A DNA stretch of 64,000 nt. Origin: an uncultured Desulfobacter sp. (GTDB lineage Bacteria > Desulfobacterota > Desulfobacteria > Desulfobacterales > Desulfobacteraceae). This document shows positions 17,361-28,705 of this stretch, piece by piece (position 1 is the stretch's first letter; every line of letters starts with the position of its first letter). The stretch covers positions 256,001-320,000 of the forward strand of contig OY762069.1 in NCBI GenBank assembly GCA_963665095.1, written 5' to 3'. A program made the position numbers and the translations under genes. The notes beneath the pieces were generated by a model. The model was not told the DNA's origin. It worked only from the letters and a program-made list of their open reading frames with translations, and searched no databases.

Positions 17361-17849
17361 ATGGGGCAGATGCAGTTAAGGGTGGGTTCAGGAACAGATG
17401 TGCATGAACTGGTGCCCGGCAGAAAACTGATCATCGGCGGCATATCCATTGATCACCCCTTTGGCCTTAAAGGCCATTCCGATGCGGACGTGCTGCTTCA
17501 CGCCGTATGTGATGCGCTTTTAGGGGCTGCAGGCCTTGGGGATATTGGCGAGCATTTTCCGGACACGGATCCGGCCTACAAAGATATGAACAGCAGCCGG
17601 TTCCTGGAGATATGTAATATAAAAGTCCGGGACAACGGATTCAGTATAGCCAACCTGGACTGTACTATCTTTGCCCAGGCACCGAAAATGGGTCCCCATA
17701 AAAAAGAGATGGCGGTTCATATAGCAAAGACACTGGGCCTTGATCCGGATTGCGTAAACATCAAGGCCACCACCACGGAACACTTGGGATTTATCGGCAG
17801 AAAACAGGGCATTGCAGCCCAGGCCACCGTACTGTTGGTTAAAGCATAA
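17361..17849 (+). CDS. ispF: 2-C-methyl-D-erythritol 2,4-cyclodiphosphate synthase
   Basis: DVH, GHSDADVLLHA, GDIGEHFPD and KATTTE motifs. Confidence 0.97.
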   Translation: MGQMQLRVGSGTDVHELVPGRKLIIGGISIDHPFGLKGHSDADVLLHAVCDALLGAAGLGDIGEHFPDTDPAYKDMNSSRFLEICNIKVRDNGFSIANLDCTIFAQAPKMGPHKKEMAVHIAKTLGLDPDCVNIKATTTEHLGFIGRKQGIAAQATVLLVKA

Positions 17850-17864
17850 TACAGGGAAAAAATA

Positions 17865-19304
17865 ATGAGTCTAAGAATTTACAACACTCTGAGCGGAAAG
17901 AAAGAGATTTTTGAGCCAATTATACCCAACAAGGTCGGTATGTATGTGTGCGGCCCAACGGTGTATGATACCAGTCACATCGGCCATGCGCGGTCCGTAG
18001 TGGTGTTTGATATGGTGTACAGGTGGCTCAGGCACCTGGCATATGAGGTCTCCTATGTGCGTAATTTTACGGATGTGGATGACAAGATTATAAAAAAATC
18101 CAATGAAACCGGAGAGTCCTGTACTGCCATCACCACAAAATACATTGATGAGTTTCACAATGAAATGGATGCCCTCAATGTTCTTAGACCCACCGTGGCT
18201 CCCAAGGCCACAGAGCATATTGATCACATCATCCGTTTTGTTCAGCGTCTGATTGACCAGGGAAAGGCCTATCATGTGGAAGGCGGCGATGTCTATTTCT
18301 CCATCCCCTCTTTCAAGGAGTACGGCAAGCTGTCCGGCCGCAATCCCGAGGATATGCAGGCGGGGGCCAGGATTGCTGTGGACGAAAAAAAGAGAAACCC
18401 TCTTGATTTTACTTTGTGGAAACCAGCCAAACCCGGGGAGCCCTCCTGGGACAGCCCCTGGGGAGAGGGGCGGCCCGGATGGCATATTGAATGCTCTGCC
18501 ATGAGTCTGGAATATTTAGGTGAAAGCTTTGATATTCATGGTGGCGGCAAGGACCTGATTTTTCCCCACCATGAAAATGAAATCGCCCAGAGTGAGGCTG
18601 CCTTTGGGGTGCCCTTTGTCAAATACTGGATTCATAACGGGTTTGTGGACATCAACAATGAAAAGATGTCCAAATCCCTGGGCAACTTCACCATGATCAA
18701 AGAGGTACTGGCCGACTACAGTCCTGAAGTGATCCGCATGTTTCTATTGTCCAAGCATTACCGTTCCCCCATTGATTACAATGAGGACAGTATGCGGGAG
18801 GTGTCTGTGGGGCTGGATCGGATTTATTCTTTCCTGGAACGGCTGGATAAGTCCGGGATTGAACCCGTTGCCGGCGATGGTGGTCGCGGTCCGCTCTGGG
18901 AAGAGTTTGAACAGGCCATGAACGATGATTTCAACTCCGCCCGTGCCCTGGCTGCAGTGTTTGATGCGGTTAAAAAAGGCAATAAGCTGCTGGATGACAG
19001 CCAGGGTGAACCAGGCGCTGATGACCGGGCCATGCTGGCCGCCATGTACGGTGATATCCGGGCGGCGTCAGATGTTCTGGGTATTTTCATGATGCCGGCA
19101 GATCAATATTTTGGTCAGAAAAAAGACCGGGCCATGGCAGACCAGGATGTGGATCCGGCCATGATTGAAGATCTGATTGCCCAGCGGGCCGCTGCAAGAA
19201 AGGAAAAGAATTTTGCCCGGGCAGATGAGATCCGGGACCAGCTTCAGGCAATGAACATTGTGCTGGAGGATGGGCCGGGGGGAACCACCTGGCGGGTAGA
19301 ATAA
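17865..19304 (+). CDS. cysS: Cysteine--tRNA ligase
   Basis: YVCGPTVY, HIGH, GRPGWHIECSAM, KMSKS. Confidence 0.98.
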   Translation: MSLRIYNTLSGKKEIFEPIIPNKVGMYVCGPTVYDTSHIGHARSVVVFDMVYRWLRHLAYEVSYVRNFTDVDDKIIKKSNETGESCTAITTKYIDEFHNEMDALNVLRPTVAPKATEHIDHIIRFVQRLIDQGKAYHVEGGDVYFSIPSFKEYGKLSGRNPEDMQAGARIAVDEKKRNPLDFTLWKPAKPGEPSWDSPWGEGRPGWHIECSAMSLEYLGESFDIHGGGKDLIFPHHENEIAQSEAAFGVPFVKYWIHNGFVDINNEKMSKSLGNFTMIKEVLADYSPEVIRMFLLSKHYRSPIDYNEDSMREVSVGLDRIYSFLERLDKSGIEPVAGDGGRGPLWEEFEQAMNDDFNSARALAAVFDAVKKGNKLLDDSQGEPGADDRAMLAAMYGDIRAASDVLGIFMMPADQYFGQKKDRAMADQDVDPAMIEDLIAQRAAARKEKNFARADEIRDQLQAMNIVLEDGPGGTTWRVE

Positions 19305-19324
19305 TTATTCCCACCCCAAATGTG

Positions 19325-19352
19325 AAAAAGGCCCCTGAAAAAGGGGCCTTTG
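19325..19352. terminator. Bidirectional terminator between convergent cysS and glnS
   Basis: AAAGGCCCCT-GAAAA-AGGGGCCTTT. Confidence 0.8.
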
Positions 19353-19395
19353 TATTTATAAATGAGTATTGTTCTGCCGGGCTGGCAGTCGGTTT

Positions 19396-21066
19396 TTATT
19401 TTTTTGTCAGCTTGGCCCAGGCATCCCTTAGGGTGACGGTTCTGTTGAAGACCGGCATGTCAGGAGTGCTGTCTTTGGAATCCAGGCAGAAATAGCCTAA
19501 GCGCTCAAACTGATAGACCGCTTCGGGCCTTGCATTTTCCAGGCTTCGTTCCAGTTTGGCGTGTGCCAGAATTTCAAGGGAATCAGGGTTCAGGTTGGTG
19601 ACGAAATCCTGGCCGTCTTTTTCCGGATTCTCATCCTTGAAAAGACGGTCGTAAAGCCGTACTTCCGCATCCATGCAATCCCGGGCATTGACCCAGTGGA
19701 TGGTGCCTTTCACCTTTCTGCCGTCCGGCGCGTTGCCGCCTCTTGTTTCCGGATCATAGGTGCAGATCAGTTCAACCACCTCTCCGGCCTCATTTTTAAT
19801 CACCTCTTTGCAGGTGATCAGATAGGCTGCCCGCAGGCGCACCTCCCGGCCCGGCCCCAGACGGAAAAACTTTTTAGGCGGATTTTCCATAAAGTCGTCC
19901 TGTTCAACCCAGATCTCCCTTGAAAAGCTTACCTCCCGTTTCCCGAATTCCGGTTTCTGGGGATGGTTCATCGCTTCCAGGGTTTCGGCTTTGTCTTCGG
20001 GATAGTTTTCAATGGTGACCTTTAGTGGTCTGATGACTCCCATGGCGCGGGGGGCGTTTTCATTGAGGTCATCACGCAGACAGGACTCCAGAAGCCCCAT
20101 GTCAATGCGGCTCTCCTTTTTGGAGACACCGATGATATTGCAGAAGTTGCGGATGGCCGCCGGGGTATATCCTCTGCAGCGCATGCCTTCAAGGGTGGGG
20201 AGCCGGGGATCGTCCCAGCCGGAGACCACCCCTTCGTTAATCAGCCGCTGCAGCTTTCTTTTACTTAATACCGTGTAGTTTATATTCATCCGGGCAAATT
20301 CAATCTGCTGGGGATGGCAGGGGATGGTGATATTGTCCAGAATCCAGTCGTACAAAGGCCGGTGGTCTTCAAACTCCAGGCTGCAAAGCGAGTGGGTGAT
20401 GCCCTCTAAAGCATCGGAGATGCAGTGGGTGAAATCGTACATGGGGTAGATACACCACTTGTCCCCGGTGCGCGGATGGGGTGCTTTTTTCACGCGGTAG
20501 ATCACCGGATCACGCATGTTGATATTGGGGGAGGACATGTCGATCTTGGCCCGAAGCGTATGCTCGCCCTCCTCAAACTGACCATCCTTCATCCGCTGGA
20601 ACAGGTCCAGGTTTTCCTCCACACTGCGGTTTCGGTAGGGTGAATCTTTGCCTGGTTCCGTGAGGGTGCCCCGGTACTCTTTCATCTCTTCAGCGGAAAG
20701 ACTGCAGACATAAGCTTTGCCTGCCTTGATCAGCTCAATGGCATAATTATACAGGTCGTCAAAATAATCTGATGCATAAAAAGGGGTTCTGTAGTCAAAT
20801 CCCAGCCACTTGACCGTGCTCTTGATGGAATCAATGTAGATCTGTTTTTCCTTGGCCGGGTTGGAGTCATCAAAGCGCAGGTTGCACTTTCCATTAAACT
20901 GGTTGGCCATGTTGAAGTTCAGGCAAATGGATTTGGCGTGGCCGATGTGCAGAAAGCCGTTGGGTTCCGGCGGGAACCGGGTGGCAACCGGGCCGCTGTT
21001 TTTGTTGTTCGCAAGGTCTTCTTTGATGATGGCTTCAATAAAATGCCCTTTTGCTTCTGTTTCCAT
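19396..21066 (-). CDS. glnS: Glutamine--tRNA ligase
   Basis: [39 protein letters not shown]. Confidence 0.97.
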   Translation of the reverse strand: METEAKGHFIEAIIKEDLANNKNSGPVATRFPPEPNGFLHIGHAKSICLNFNMANQFNGKCNLRFDDSNPAKEKQIYIDSIKSTVKWLGFDYRTPFYASDYFDDLYNYAIELIKAGKAYVCSLSAEEMKEYRGTLTEPGKDSPYRNRSVEENLDLFQRMKDGQFEEGEHTLRAKIDMSSPNINMRDPVIYRVKKAPHPRTGDKWCIYPMYDFTHCISDALEGITHSLCSLEFEDHRPLYDWILDNITIPCHPQQIEFARMNINYTVLSKRKLQRLINEGVVSGWDDPRLPTLEGMRCRGYTPAAIRNFCNIIGVSKKESRIDMGLLESCLRDDLNENAPRAMGVIRPLKVTIENYPEDKAETLEAMNHPQKPEFGKREVSFSREIWVEQDDFMENPPKKFFRLGPGREVRLRAAYLITCKEVIKNEAGEVVELICTYDPETRGGNAPDGRKVKGTIHWVNARDCMDAEVRLYDRLFKDENPEKDGQDFVTNLNPDSLEILAHAKLERSLENARPEAVYQFERLGYFCLDSKDSTPDMPVFNRTVTLRDAWAKLTKK

Positions 21067-21313
21067 TTGTCCTCTTTGATGGTTAAAAAAAGATGGTTAA
21101 TAAAATATTTCTAAATATCATATCCCCTCTGCCGTGGAAAGAGGGCGGACGTATTTCCATTGGTCTTTCTTAAGCAAATTGCCTCTATTTTGATGCCGGT
21201 TTTGAATTGCCATACCCAAAAAATTTTTGACAGTATATTTTTGTGTATTCTATCATGTCGACATGAATAAGAAAAATATGCCAAAAGAGATCTACTCCCT
21301 GAGAGGAAGCCCG

Positions 21314-22114
21314 ATGTCACCGGATGATTTCATTAAAGTTAAGCAGCAGTTTTACTCATTTACGCAACCCTTTGAAGACAAGGCCGAAGATCCATATCCC
21401 TTTGTTCTCAAACGGGAGCATACTGACCGGGTCTGTACCGCCATGCAGATGCTGTGTATTGCTCTGGCGCTTGATGAACAGGAAACGGCCCGGGCCTGTG
21501 CCGCGGCCATGGTCCATGATATGGGCCGGTTCCCGCAGTTTGCCCGGTACCACACTTATGTGGATGCCCGGTCAAAAAACCATGCGGCCTTAAGTTGCGG
21601 CCAGATAGTTCGCACAGGCATTCTGTCCCACCTGCCGGATAGGGACAGGCGGCTGATTTTAAGGGCCGTGGCCCTGCATAACCGCCCCAGAGTGCCTGAC
21701 GGTCTTGAGCCGGATTTGGATCTCCTGGCCCGGCTGCTCAGGGATGCCGATAAAATTGATATTTATCATGTGATGAAAGCCCATTATTTAAGCAGGGAAA
21801 CCGGCCGGGAATTTATCACCCACGACCTGCCGGATGACGGGAAAGTGCCAAAACAGGTGGCCCAGGCCCTGCTGGATACCCGGGAGAATAAGTATGCCGG
21901 GGTGAACACCCTTAATGCCATGAAAGTATTCCAGGCCGGCATGGTTTATGACTTGAATTTTCCGGCAACAGCCAGTGCCATCCGGGATATGGCAGTGATT
22001 CCGGTGCTGCTGGCAGGCATTCCTGTATCGGATTTGATGACCCGTTTGAAACAGGATCTTCTGGATCACCTGGATACCCTTGCGGCGTCCCCTGTTCCGA
22101 GCAGGCCTTTATGA
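21314..22114 (+). CDS. HD-domain phosphohydrolase
   Basis: KREHT...HDMGRFPQ...HA...HN...RDADKID; ATG 21314 follows a GAGAGGA RBS; TTGACA-N18-TATCAT at 21227-21256 is a plausible promoter. Confidence 0.85.
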   Translation: MSPDDFIKVKQQFYSFTQPFEDKAEDPYPFVLKREHTDRVCTAMQMLCIALALDEQETARACAAAMVHDMGRFPQFARYHTYVDARSKNHAALSCGQIVRTGILSHLPDRDRRLILRAVALHNRPRVPDGLEPDLDLLARLLRDADKIDIYHVMKAHYLSRETGREFITHDLPDDGKVPKQVAQALLDTRENKYAGVNTLNAMKVFQAGMVYDLNFPATASAIRDMAVIPVLLAGIPVSDLMTRLKQDLLDHLDTLAASPVPSRPL

Positions 22115-22140
22115 GTTCTGTAACATTGGGGGGTACCCCG

Positions 22141-23064
22141 TCAATCCAGAAGCGTTTTCAGCTCTTGTTTTGAAAATGTATATTCTGAATTGCAGTGGTG
22201 GCATCTGATCTCCAGGGGAAAGGGACCATTGTCGCGGATATCAATGAGATCCTGTTCCGGCAGGCTTTTCAGATGGCCGGCCATATGCTCCTTTGAACAC
22301 CGGCAGTAAAATTCCACCCGGGAGGTATCCAGCAGCCGGGGGGCAAGGCCGGAAAATGAAGATTCAATGACGGATTCAGGCGTTTGCCCGTCAGCAAACA
22401 TCTGCCCTAAAGAGTCAATGGATTGAATTAGAGCTTCAGCCCGGGCCACATTGTCAGGATCTGCTCCGGGAAGTGCCTGCAGGAATATGCCGCCGGCGCC
22501 TGTTACCTGTTCATTTTCATCAAAGGCTACGCTCAGGCTGAATCCGGAAGGGATCTGTTCGGAAGTCAGATAATACTCTGCCAGATCTTCGGCAATGGAG
22601 CCGTGTGCCAGGGCAATCTGGCCGGTATAGGGATGTCCTGTACCTTCTATATATCGGGTCACGGATAAGAAACCTGCCCCGTAAAGGGTGGAAAGATATT
22701 TGATTTTATCAGGGTGGGCCACCTCAATGGGGTTGGCCTTTAAAAATCCCCGGATCTCCCCGAATGCATTGGCTTCCACATCAAAGCCCTTGACGGGGCC
22801 TGAACACTGGATACTGATGCAGACCCGGTCCCGGCCTTTCAGCGGTGCACTCATAAGCGCCGCTGCTATGTAAGCCTGGCCCAGCACCAGAGTTTCCAGA
22901 GGACCTAATTCGTGATTGGCCTGCATCTCCCTGACCATCCGGTGGGCATGCACCACCACCCCCTTGATCTGGTCATCGGCCATGAGGAACCGGTAAAGCC
23001 GTTCCTTTGCCGAAGCCTTGAACTGCGCCTTTACATCGTGGTTGAATATATCTTTTTTGATCAT
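22141..23064 (-). CDS. hslO: Hsp33 redox-regulated chaperone
   Basis: SEQIPS, AGGIFLQALPG, C-terminal CRCS...CHHC zinc motif. Confidence 0.93.
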   Translation of the reverse strand: MIKKDIFNHDVKAQFKASAKERLYRFLMADDQIKGVVVHAHRMVREMQANHELGPLETLVLGQAYIAAALMSAPLKGRDRVCISIQCSGPVKGFDVEANAFGEIRGFLKANPIEVAHPDKIKYLSTLYGAGFLSVTRYIEGTGHPYTGQIALAHGSIAEDLAEYYLTSEQIPSGFSLSVAFDENEQVTGAGGIFLQALPGADPDNVARAEALIQSIDSLGQMFADGQTPESVIESSFSGLAPRLLDTSRVEFYCRCSKEHMAGHLKSLPEQDLIDIRDNGPFPLEIRCHHCNSEYTFSKQELKTLLD

Positions 23065-23164
23065 TTTGTTATCTGTCCGAATGTCAAATTGTTTTGCCGT
23101 AAAATCGGCAGCTTGTTCTTTCCATCCGGGGTATTATAATGCCTTATTTATGAATGTAAACCTT

Positions 23165-24712
23165 TTACCCCTGCACATCATCTGTGCGGTCCATCCTCTT
23201 ATACTGCACCGCCTCCAGCACATGGGGTTTTAAAATCTGAGGCTCCCCTGCCAGATCCGCAATGGTGCGGGCCACCTTTAAAATGGAGGCATAGGCCCGG
23301 CCTGACAGGTTGAGTCGTGCCATGGCCGTTTGAATTATTTTACGACAGGAGTCGTCGAGAGGGCAGAAGCGCTCGATCAGATCTGCACCCATATCGGCAT
23401 TGGAAAAACAGGCCGCTTCTGCCTTTCTGAAGCGTTGGGCCTGAATCTGTGCGGCCTTGCCCACCCGTTTCTGTATGGCTGCGGAGGATTCATCTGCTTT
23501 TGGTGTACTGATTTCATTGAACGAAAGCCGGGGGACTTCAACCAGGATATCCATCCGGTCCATAAGCGGTCCTGAGATCCGGTTTCTGTATTGTTGGATT
23601 CTGGTGGGCGTGCAGGTGCACTGCCTGTCCGGATTGGTCAGGTTGCCACAGGGGCAGGGATTCATGGCCCCGGCCAGCATAAAACGGCAGGGATAGGTGG
23701 CTTTGTCTAATGCCCGGGCCAGGGTGATCTGCCCTTCTTCCAGGGGCTGGCGCAGCACCTCGAGGACATTGCGCCGGAACTCTGGCAGTTCGTCTAAAAA
23801 CAGCACCCCATTGTGGGCCAGGCTGATCTCCCCTGGCCTGGGCCGGGCTCCGCCGCCCACAAGACCGGCATCGGAAATGGAGTGGTGGGGTGCTCTGAAC
23901 GGCCGTTCTCCCAGGCCCTGGTCCGGTTCCCGGGATACGCCGGCCACGGAGTATACCTGGGCGATCTCCATGGCCTCTTCAAAGGTGGGTTCCGGCAGGA
24001 TGGAGGGCAGACATTTGGCCATCATGCTCTTCCCTGATCCTGCCGGGCCGTTGAGAAGAATATGGTGATGGCCGGCCGCAGCCACCTCCATGGCCCGCTT
24101 AACATGGGCCTGGCCCCGGACATGGGAAAAATCGTTTTCAAGGATGCCGGTTCCGGATCTGGTAAGGATGGTCAGGTCCGGCGGCAGCGGGGACAGAGCA
24201 ATGTGTCCGGCCAGAAAATCCACCACCTGGCACAGGTGCTCCACCGCAAGCACATCGATATCTTTGACAAGAGCGGCTTCGGTCCCGTTCTCTTTGGGCA
24301 GGATAATTCCCTTGAACCCGTTGTCCCTGGCTGCCAGAGCAAAGGGAAGCGCCGCCTTGACAGGGCGTAAGTGCCCGTCCAGGGACAACTCTCCGGCTGT
24401 CAGCCATGGCGCCACAGCCTTCGGGTCTACCAGTCCCTGGGCACAAAGAATGCCCAGTGCCACGGGCAGATCCAGGCTAGTTCCCTCTTTTTTAAAATCC
24501 GCCGGGGCCAGGTTCACCACCACCCTGTCCATGGGGAAATGATATCCTGCGTTCTGCAGTGCCGAGCGCACCCTGTCCCGGCTCTCCCTGACAGCGGCCT
24601 CCGCTAGACCCACCATGTTAAATACTGGAAGACCCAGGGTGATGTCCACTTCCACATCCACAACAATGGCCTCAAATCCGTTTAATGCACAGGATTGCAT
24701 TCTGGCGATCAT
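23165..24712 (-). CDS. comM: YifB/ComM Mg-chelatase-like AAA+ ATPase
   Basis: VNLAPAD, GPAGSGKSM, RAPHH, PGEISLAHNGVLFLDELPEF, MNPCPCG. Confidence 0.93.
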   Translation of the reverse strand: MIARMQSCALNGFEAIVVDVEVDITLGLPVFNMVGLAEAAVRESRDRVRSALQNAGYHFPMDRVVVNLAPADFKKEGTSLDLPVALGILCAQGLVDPKAVAPWLTAGELSLDGHLRPVKAALPFALAARDNGFKGIILPKENGTEAALVKDIDVLAVEHLCQVVDFLAGHIALSPLPPDLTILTRSGTGILENDFSHVRGQAHVKRAMEVAAAGHHHILLNGPAGSGKSMMAKCLPSILPEPTFEEAMEIAQVYSVAGVSREPDQGLGERPFRAPHHSISDAGLVGGGARPRPGEISLAHNGVLFLDELPEFRRNVLEVLRQPLEEGQITLARALDKATYPCRFMLAGAMNPCPCGNLTNPDRQCTCTPTRIQQYRNRISGPLMDRMDILVEVPRLSFNEISTPKADESSAAIQKRVGKAAQIQAQRFRKAEAACFSNADMGADLIERFCPLDDSCRKIIQTAMARLNLSGRAYASILKVARTIADLAGEPQILKPHVLEAVQYKRMDRTDDVQG

Positions 24713-24915
24713 GGAAAGCCTGCCTTTAAAATTTTAACCGTTATTAAAAAGTATCTGTAAAGCCAAAAAGAAGAGATGAAAATGAAACGGTACTTTAAAC
24801 GGTCCTGACAAAAAATTAATACAAACCAAAGATTTTTTTCATTTGTTTTGCTTTGTATTATTAAATCATATATATATACCACGTTTTAAAATTGTCTGAC
24901 ACGTTGAGATTCAAA

Positions 24916-25785
24916 ATGGATTCTTTTTATAACCAACGGACCGTTGCGGGAAATGTAGCCCTTTCAGGAACAGGGGTTCATTCAGGGAAAAAAACAAACC
25001 TGATTATCCGGCCGGCAGAGGAGAACCACGGCATTAAATTCCGTCGGCTTGATCTGCCAGGCACTCCGGACATTCCCGCTTTGTTCAAAATGGTGGTGGA
25101 TACCAGCCTTGCCACGGTCCTTGGCGGCAACGGTGCCATTGTGTCCACCATTGAGCATCTCATGGCAAGCTTTGCAGGGCTTGGCATTGACAATGCTCTG
25201 GTGGAGGTGGATGACTATGAAATGCCCATTATGGACGGGTCGGCCAGACAGTTTGCCCAGGCGTTAACAGCTGTTGGCATTGTTGAGCAGGAAAAACCCC
25301 GGCACCTGATTATTATTAAGGACCCCATTGAAGTTATAGAGGGAGACAAATGGGTTAAGGTGCTGCCTGAGCCCTGTTTCAAAATTTCCTGCACCATTGA
25401 TTTTGACCATCCGCTCATAGGTGTTCAGAGTATAACCTTTGACAAGGCAAATAATAATTTTGAAGAAGAGGTCAGCGGGGCCAGAACCTTTGGGTTTGTA
25501 AAAGACCTGGAGCTGTTGAAAAAATTCAGCCTGGGCAGGGGCGGAAGCCTTGACAACGCCATAGTTATCGATAATGATAAGGTTTTGAATGAGGAGGGCC
25601 TGCGGTACCCGGATGAGTTTGTCCGGCATAAGCTTCTGGACTGTTTAGGAGACTTTTCTCTTCTGGGCATGCCGATCCAGGGGCATATCATCACGCATAA
25701 GTCCGGTCATCACCTCAATCATTTGTTTATAAAAAAATTTCTTGACGAAAAGCAGGCTTGGGAGACCGGGCCGGCACAACCCTGA
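24916..25785 (+). CDS. lpxC: UDP-3-O-acyl-N-acetylglucosamine deacetylase
   Basis: QRT, GVHSG, TIEHLM, PIMDGS, ARTFGF, RHKLLD, KSGH. Confidence 0.96.
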   Translation: MDSFYNQRTVAGNVALSGTGVHSGKKTNLIIRPAEENHGIKFRRLDLPGTPDIPALFKMVVDTSLATVLGGNGAIVSTIEHLMASFAGLGIDNALVEVDDYEMPIMDGSARQFAQALTAVGIVEQEKPRHLIIIKDPIEVIEGDKWVKVLPEPCFKISCTIDFDHPLIGVQSITFDKANNNFEEEVSGARTFGFVKDLELLKKFSLGRGGSLDNAIVIDNDKVLNEEGLRYPDEFVRHKLLDCLGDFSLLGMPIQGHIITHKSGHHLNHLFIKKFLDEKQAWETGPAQP

Positions 25786-25795
25786 CATAAACTCA

Positions 25796-26392
25796 ATGCC
25801 AATGATCTGCAACCGTAAATTCCTTAAATTTGTATGCGCCGTTTGCGTTGTTATCAGCCTGATCTTCATTGGGCCACCCGCTATTTTTGCCGACGACGAT
25901 GATGACGCTGTACTGACGAATATCAAACTGGCCAACACCCGGGATGATCTGCTCACCTACTTTACTGTTGAAAATGCCTTTAAGGAAAAGAATATACAGG
26001 CGATTCAAAAAGGCATTCCCGCCTCTTTTACCTATTACGTATCTTTGTACAGGACCTCAAGCGGCTTTTTTGACAAGGAGATTGCTGATATTAAGGTGAA
26101 GTCCAGCGTGAAATACAACTCTTTGAAAGAAGAGTACACAATTGTCCGCAGCTGGAAAAATGAAAGCCCTCTGATCACCAAATCCCTTGATGAGGCAAAA
26201 GCCTGGATGGCTGAAGTGGACAACCTGAAAGTGGTCCCCTTAAACCGGCTTGTCAAAGGGGACAAATACAAAATTCAGATTAAAGCGGAGCTGGATAAAG
26301 TCACTTTGCCCTTTGCGTTGCACTATGTTTTCTTTTTTGTCTCTTTCTGGGATTTTGAAACGGACTGGTATGTGATTAATTTCACCTATTAA
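25796..26392 (+). CDS. DUF4390-like exported protein
   Basis: Signal-like N-terminus, C-terminal LP...WDFETDW, located directly before an NtrY-like kinase. Confidence 0.7.
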   Translation: MPMICNRKFLKFVCAVCVVISLIFIGPPAIFADDDDDAVLTNIKLANTRDDLLTYFTVENAFKEKNIQAIQKGIPASFTYYVSLYRTSSGFFDKEIADIKVKSSVKYNSLKEEYTIVRSWKNESPLITKSLDEAKAWMAEVDNLKVVPLNRLVKGDKYKIQIKAELDKVTLPFALHYVFFFVSFWDFETDWYVINFTY

Positions 26393-26471
26393 TAAAAAAT
26401 ACAAAAGATGTCTGAGGACGGCTGTTTATCCCAAGGCTCCATCACAGTTTTAATCATGCCGTCAGGCAGAC

Positions 26472-28691
26472 ATGGCAACCATGACCTCCACATCCCATAT
26501 AAATAAGGACGGTTCCGGCCGGAAACGAGAAATTTTTCTCATTATAGGGCTGCTTTTTGCCATGGCCGGCCTTACGGTGTTCGAAACCCGGGTCACTCCG
26601 TTTGATATCGGGCTTCCTTTGTCATCCACAGTGCTGATGTTTATTCTGATTAACATCAACCTGCTGCTGCTGCTCACACTGCTGTTACTGGTGTTTCGGA
26701 ATCTTGCCAAACTTTACTATGAAAAAAAGAACAACATCCTGGGTTCCAAGATTAAGACCCGGCTCATCATTGCCTTTATTATTCTGGCACTTTTACCCAC
26801 TACCGTGCTTTTCTTTTTTTCCATCCAGTTCATATCCAGTTCCATTGCGTTCTGGTTCAATGCCCCGGTGGAAAAAACCCTGGATGCCTCCCTGGCCGTT
26901 GGTCAGACTCTGTACGATTATATTGAAGAAAAAAATGCGTTTTTTGCCAAAAGAGGCGCATTTCAAATTCATTCCAGGGAGTTGCTCAAACCGGCAAATC
27001 AGGAAAAGCTGACCCGCTACACCCAGGTCATCCAGCGTGCCTTTAACCGCCACGGTGTGGAGACTTACACTGCAGATGCCCGGCGGGTGAGCCTCTCGCT
27101 GGCCAGTGAGCTGGAGGCCATGCACTTCGGCCTTTTAACCACTACGGAGCTGCGGGGAATTTCCAACGGCAGCACCAGCCATACAGTGTATCAGGTAGTG
27201 GCTGAAGGGGAATTTTTGCGCACCGTATGTACCATCCCCTTTGATGTTGAACCGGATAAAGCAACCGGCTTCATCGTGATCACCACCCTGGTGGCCCCGG
27301 AACTGTCTGAAAATCTGAAAGCGATTCTTAAGGGCGTGGAGGAATACAACCAGCTGAAGCTGACAAAAAGGCCTGCCCAGATTTCATATTATATTGCTTT
27401 ATCCATTGTGGCACTTCTGGTTGTGTTCTGTGCCATCTGGTTCGGGTTTCAGATTGCCAAATCCATCACCATCCCCATTATGGAATTTGCCGAAGGCACC
27501 CAGCGTATTATAGACGGTGACCTGAACTACCAGATTGATTTTCAGACGGATGATGAGATCGGTACCCTGATTAAAAGTTTTAATTCCATGACCCAGCAGC
27601 TGGCAACAGGACGCCGGCAGATTGCCCTGTCCGAAAGCATGCTCAAGCAGCAGAATGCGGAACTGGAAAAAAGCCGCCGGTATATTGAAATTGTGTTAAA
27701 AAATATTTCAGCCGGGGTGATCTCCATTGATGACAAGGGAATCATCACCACCATGAACAAGGCCGCTGAATCCATGCTGGATATCAGCAGCAAAGATATC
27801 CTGAATCAAAATTTCAGACAGGTCCTCTCTGAGGAGTACCTGTCTGTGGCCAACAAAATATATGACCAGGCCGCGCAGGGGGGGACCCATTTTAACGTAC
27901 CTGTGGCCGCTACCATCTCGGGCGTTCCCAAGCATTTTTCCCTGAATTATACCCAGTTGAAAGATGATACCGGCAGAAATATGGGCGCTGTCATGGTGTT
28001 TGATGATGTGACTGAGCTGGAAAAAGCCCAGCGCATGGTGGCCTGGCGTGAAGTGGCCCGCCGCATTGCCCATGAGGTGAAAAATCCCCTGACCCCCATT
28101 AAGCTGTCTGCCCAGCGTATGAAACGCAAATACGGAAAGCAGATTAATGACGAGATCTTCACAGGCTGTGCCGACACCATTGTGGAGCATGTGGACCTGA
28201 TCCGTAACCTGGTGAATCAGTTTTCCGCCTTTGCCAAATTCCCGGATACCAACTTTGCATCCGCCCGCATCGACAATATTATTCTGGAAACCGTGGCTTT
28301 GTATAAGGAGGGACTGGAGCAGGTGGAGATCCAGACCCGGTTCAAGGACAATATTCCCACCCTGAAGCTGGATCACCAGCACATGAAACAGGCCTTTATC
28401 AACCTGATTGACAATGCGGTCTATGCCATGAACAAGGTTGGCACCATTATCATTGACCTCTCCTATGATTCCATCCTTAAGATTGTGCGCATTGAAATTG
28501 CTGATAACGGCAAGGGGATTTCAGACAAGGAAAAGACCAAGCTGTTTGAACCCTATTTTTCCACCAAGAAAACAGGCATGGGGCTTGGGCTTGCCATTGT
28601 GAATTCCATTATTTCAGACCATAACGGTGTGATCCGGGTCCAGGACAACCAGCCCCGGGGCGCTAAATTTATTATTGAGTTGCCGGCCTGA
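26472..28691 (+). CDS. NtrY-like sensor histidine kinase (HAMP-PAS-HisKA-HATPase)
   Basis: AWREVARRIAHEVKNPLTPIKLSAQR, DNGKG, FEPYFSTK, GMGLGLAIV. Confidence 0.93.
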   Translation: MATMTSTSHINKDGSGRKREIFLIIGLLFAMAGLTVFETRVTPFDIGLPLSSTVLMFILININLLLLLTLLLLVFRNLAKLYYEKKNNILGSKIKTRLIIAFIILALLPTTVLFFFSIQFISSSIAFWFNAPVEKTLDASLAVGQTLYDYIEEKNAFFAKRGAFQIHSRELLKPANQEKLTRYTQVIQRAFNRHGVETYTADARRVSLSLASELEAMHFGLLTTTELRGISNGSTSHTVYQVVAEGEFLRTVCTIPFDVEPDKATGFIVITTLVAPELSENLKAILKGVEEYNQLKLTKRPAQISYYIALSIVALLVVFCAIWFGFQIAKSITIPIMEFAEGTQRIIDGDLNYQIDFQTDDEIGTLIKSFNSMTQQLATGRRQIALSESMLKQQNAELEKSRRYIEIVLKNISAGVISIDDKGIITTMNKAAESMLDISSKDILNQNFRQVLSEEYLSVANKIYDQAAQGGTHFNVPVAATISGVPKHFSLNYTQLKDDTGRNMGAVMVFDDVTELEKAQRMVAWREVARRIAHEVKNPLTPIKLSAQRMKRKYGKQINDEIFTGCADTIVEHVDLIRNLVNQFSAFAKFPDTNFASARIDNIILETVALYKEGLEQVEIQTRFKDNIPTLKLDHQHMKQAFINLIDNAVYAMNKVGTIIIDLSYDSILKIVRIEIADNGKGISDKEKTKLFEPYFSTKKTGMGLGLAIVNSIISDHNGVIRVQDNQPRGAKFIIELPA

Positions 28692-28705
28692 CCAATTGTA
28701 TGTAA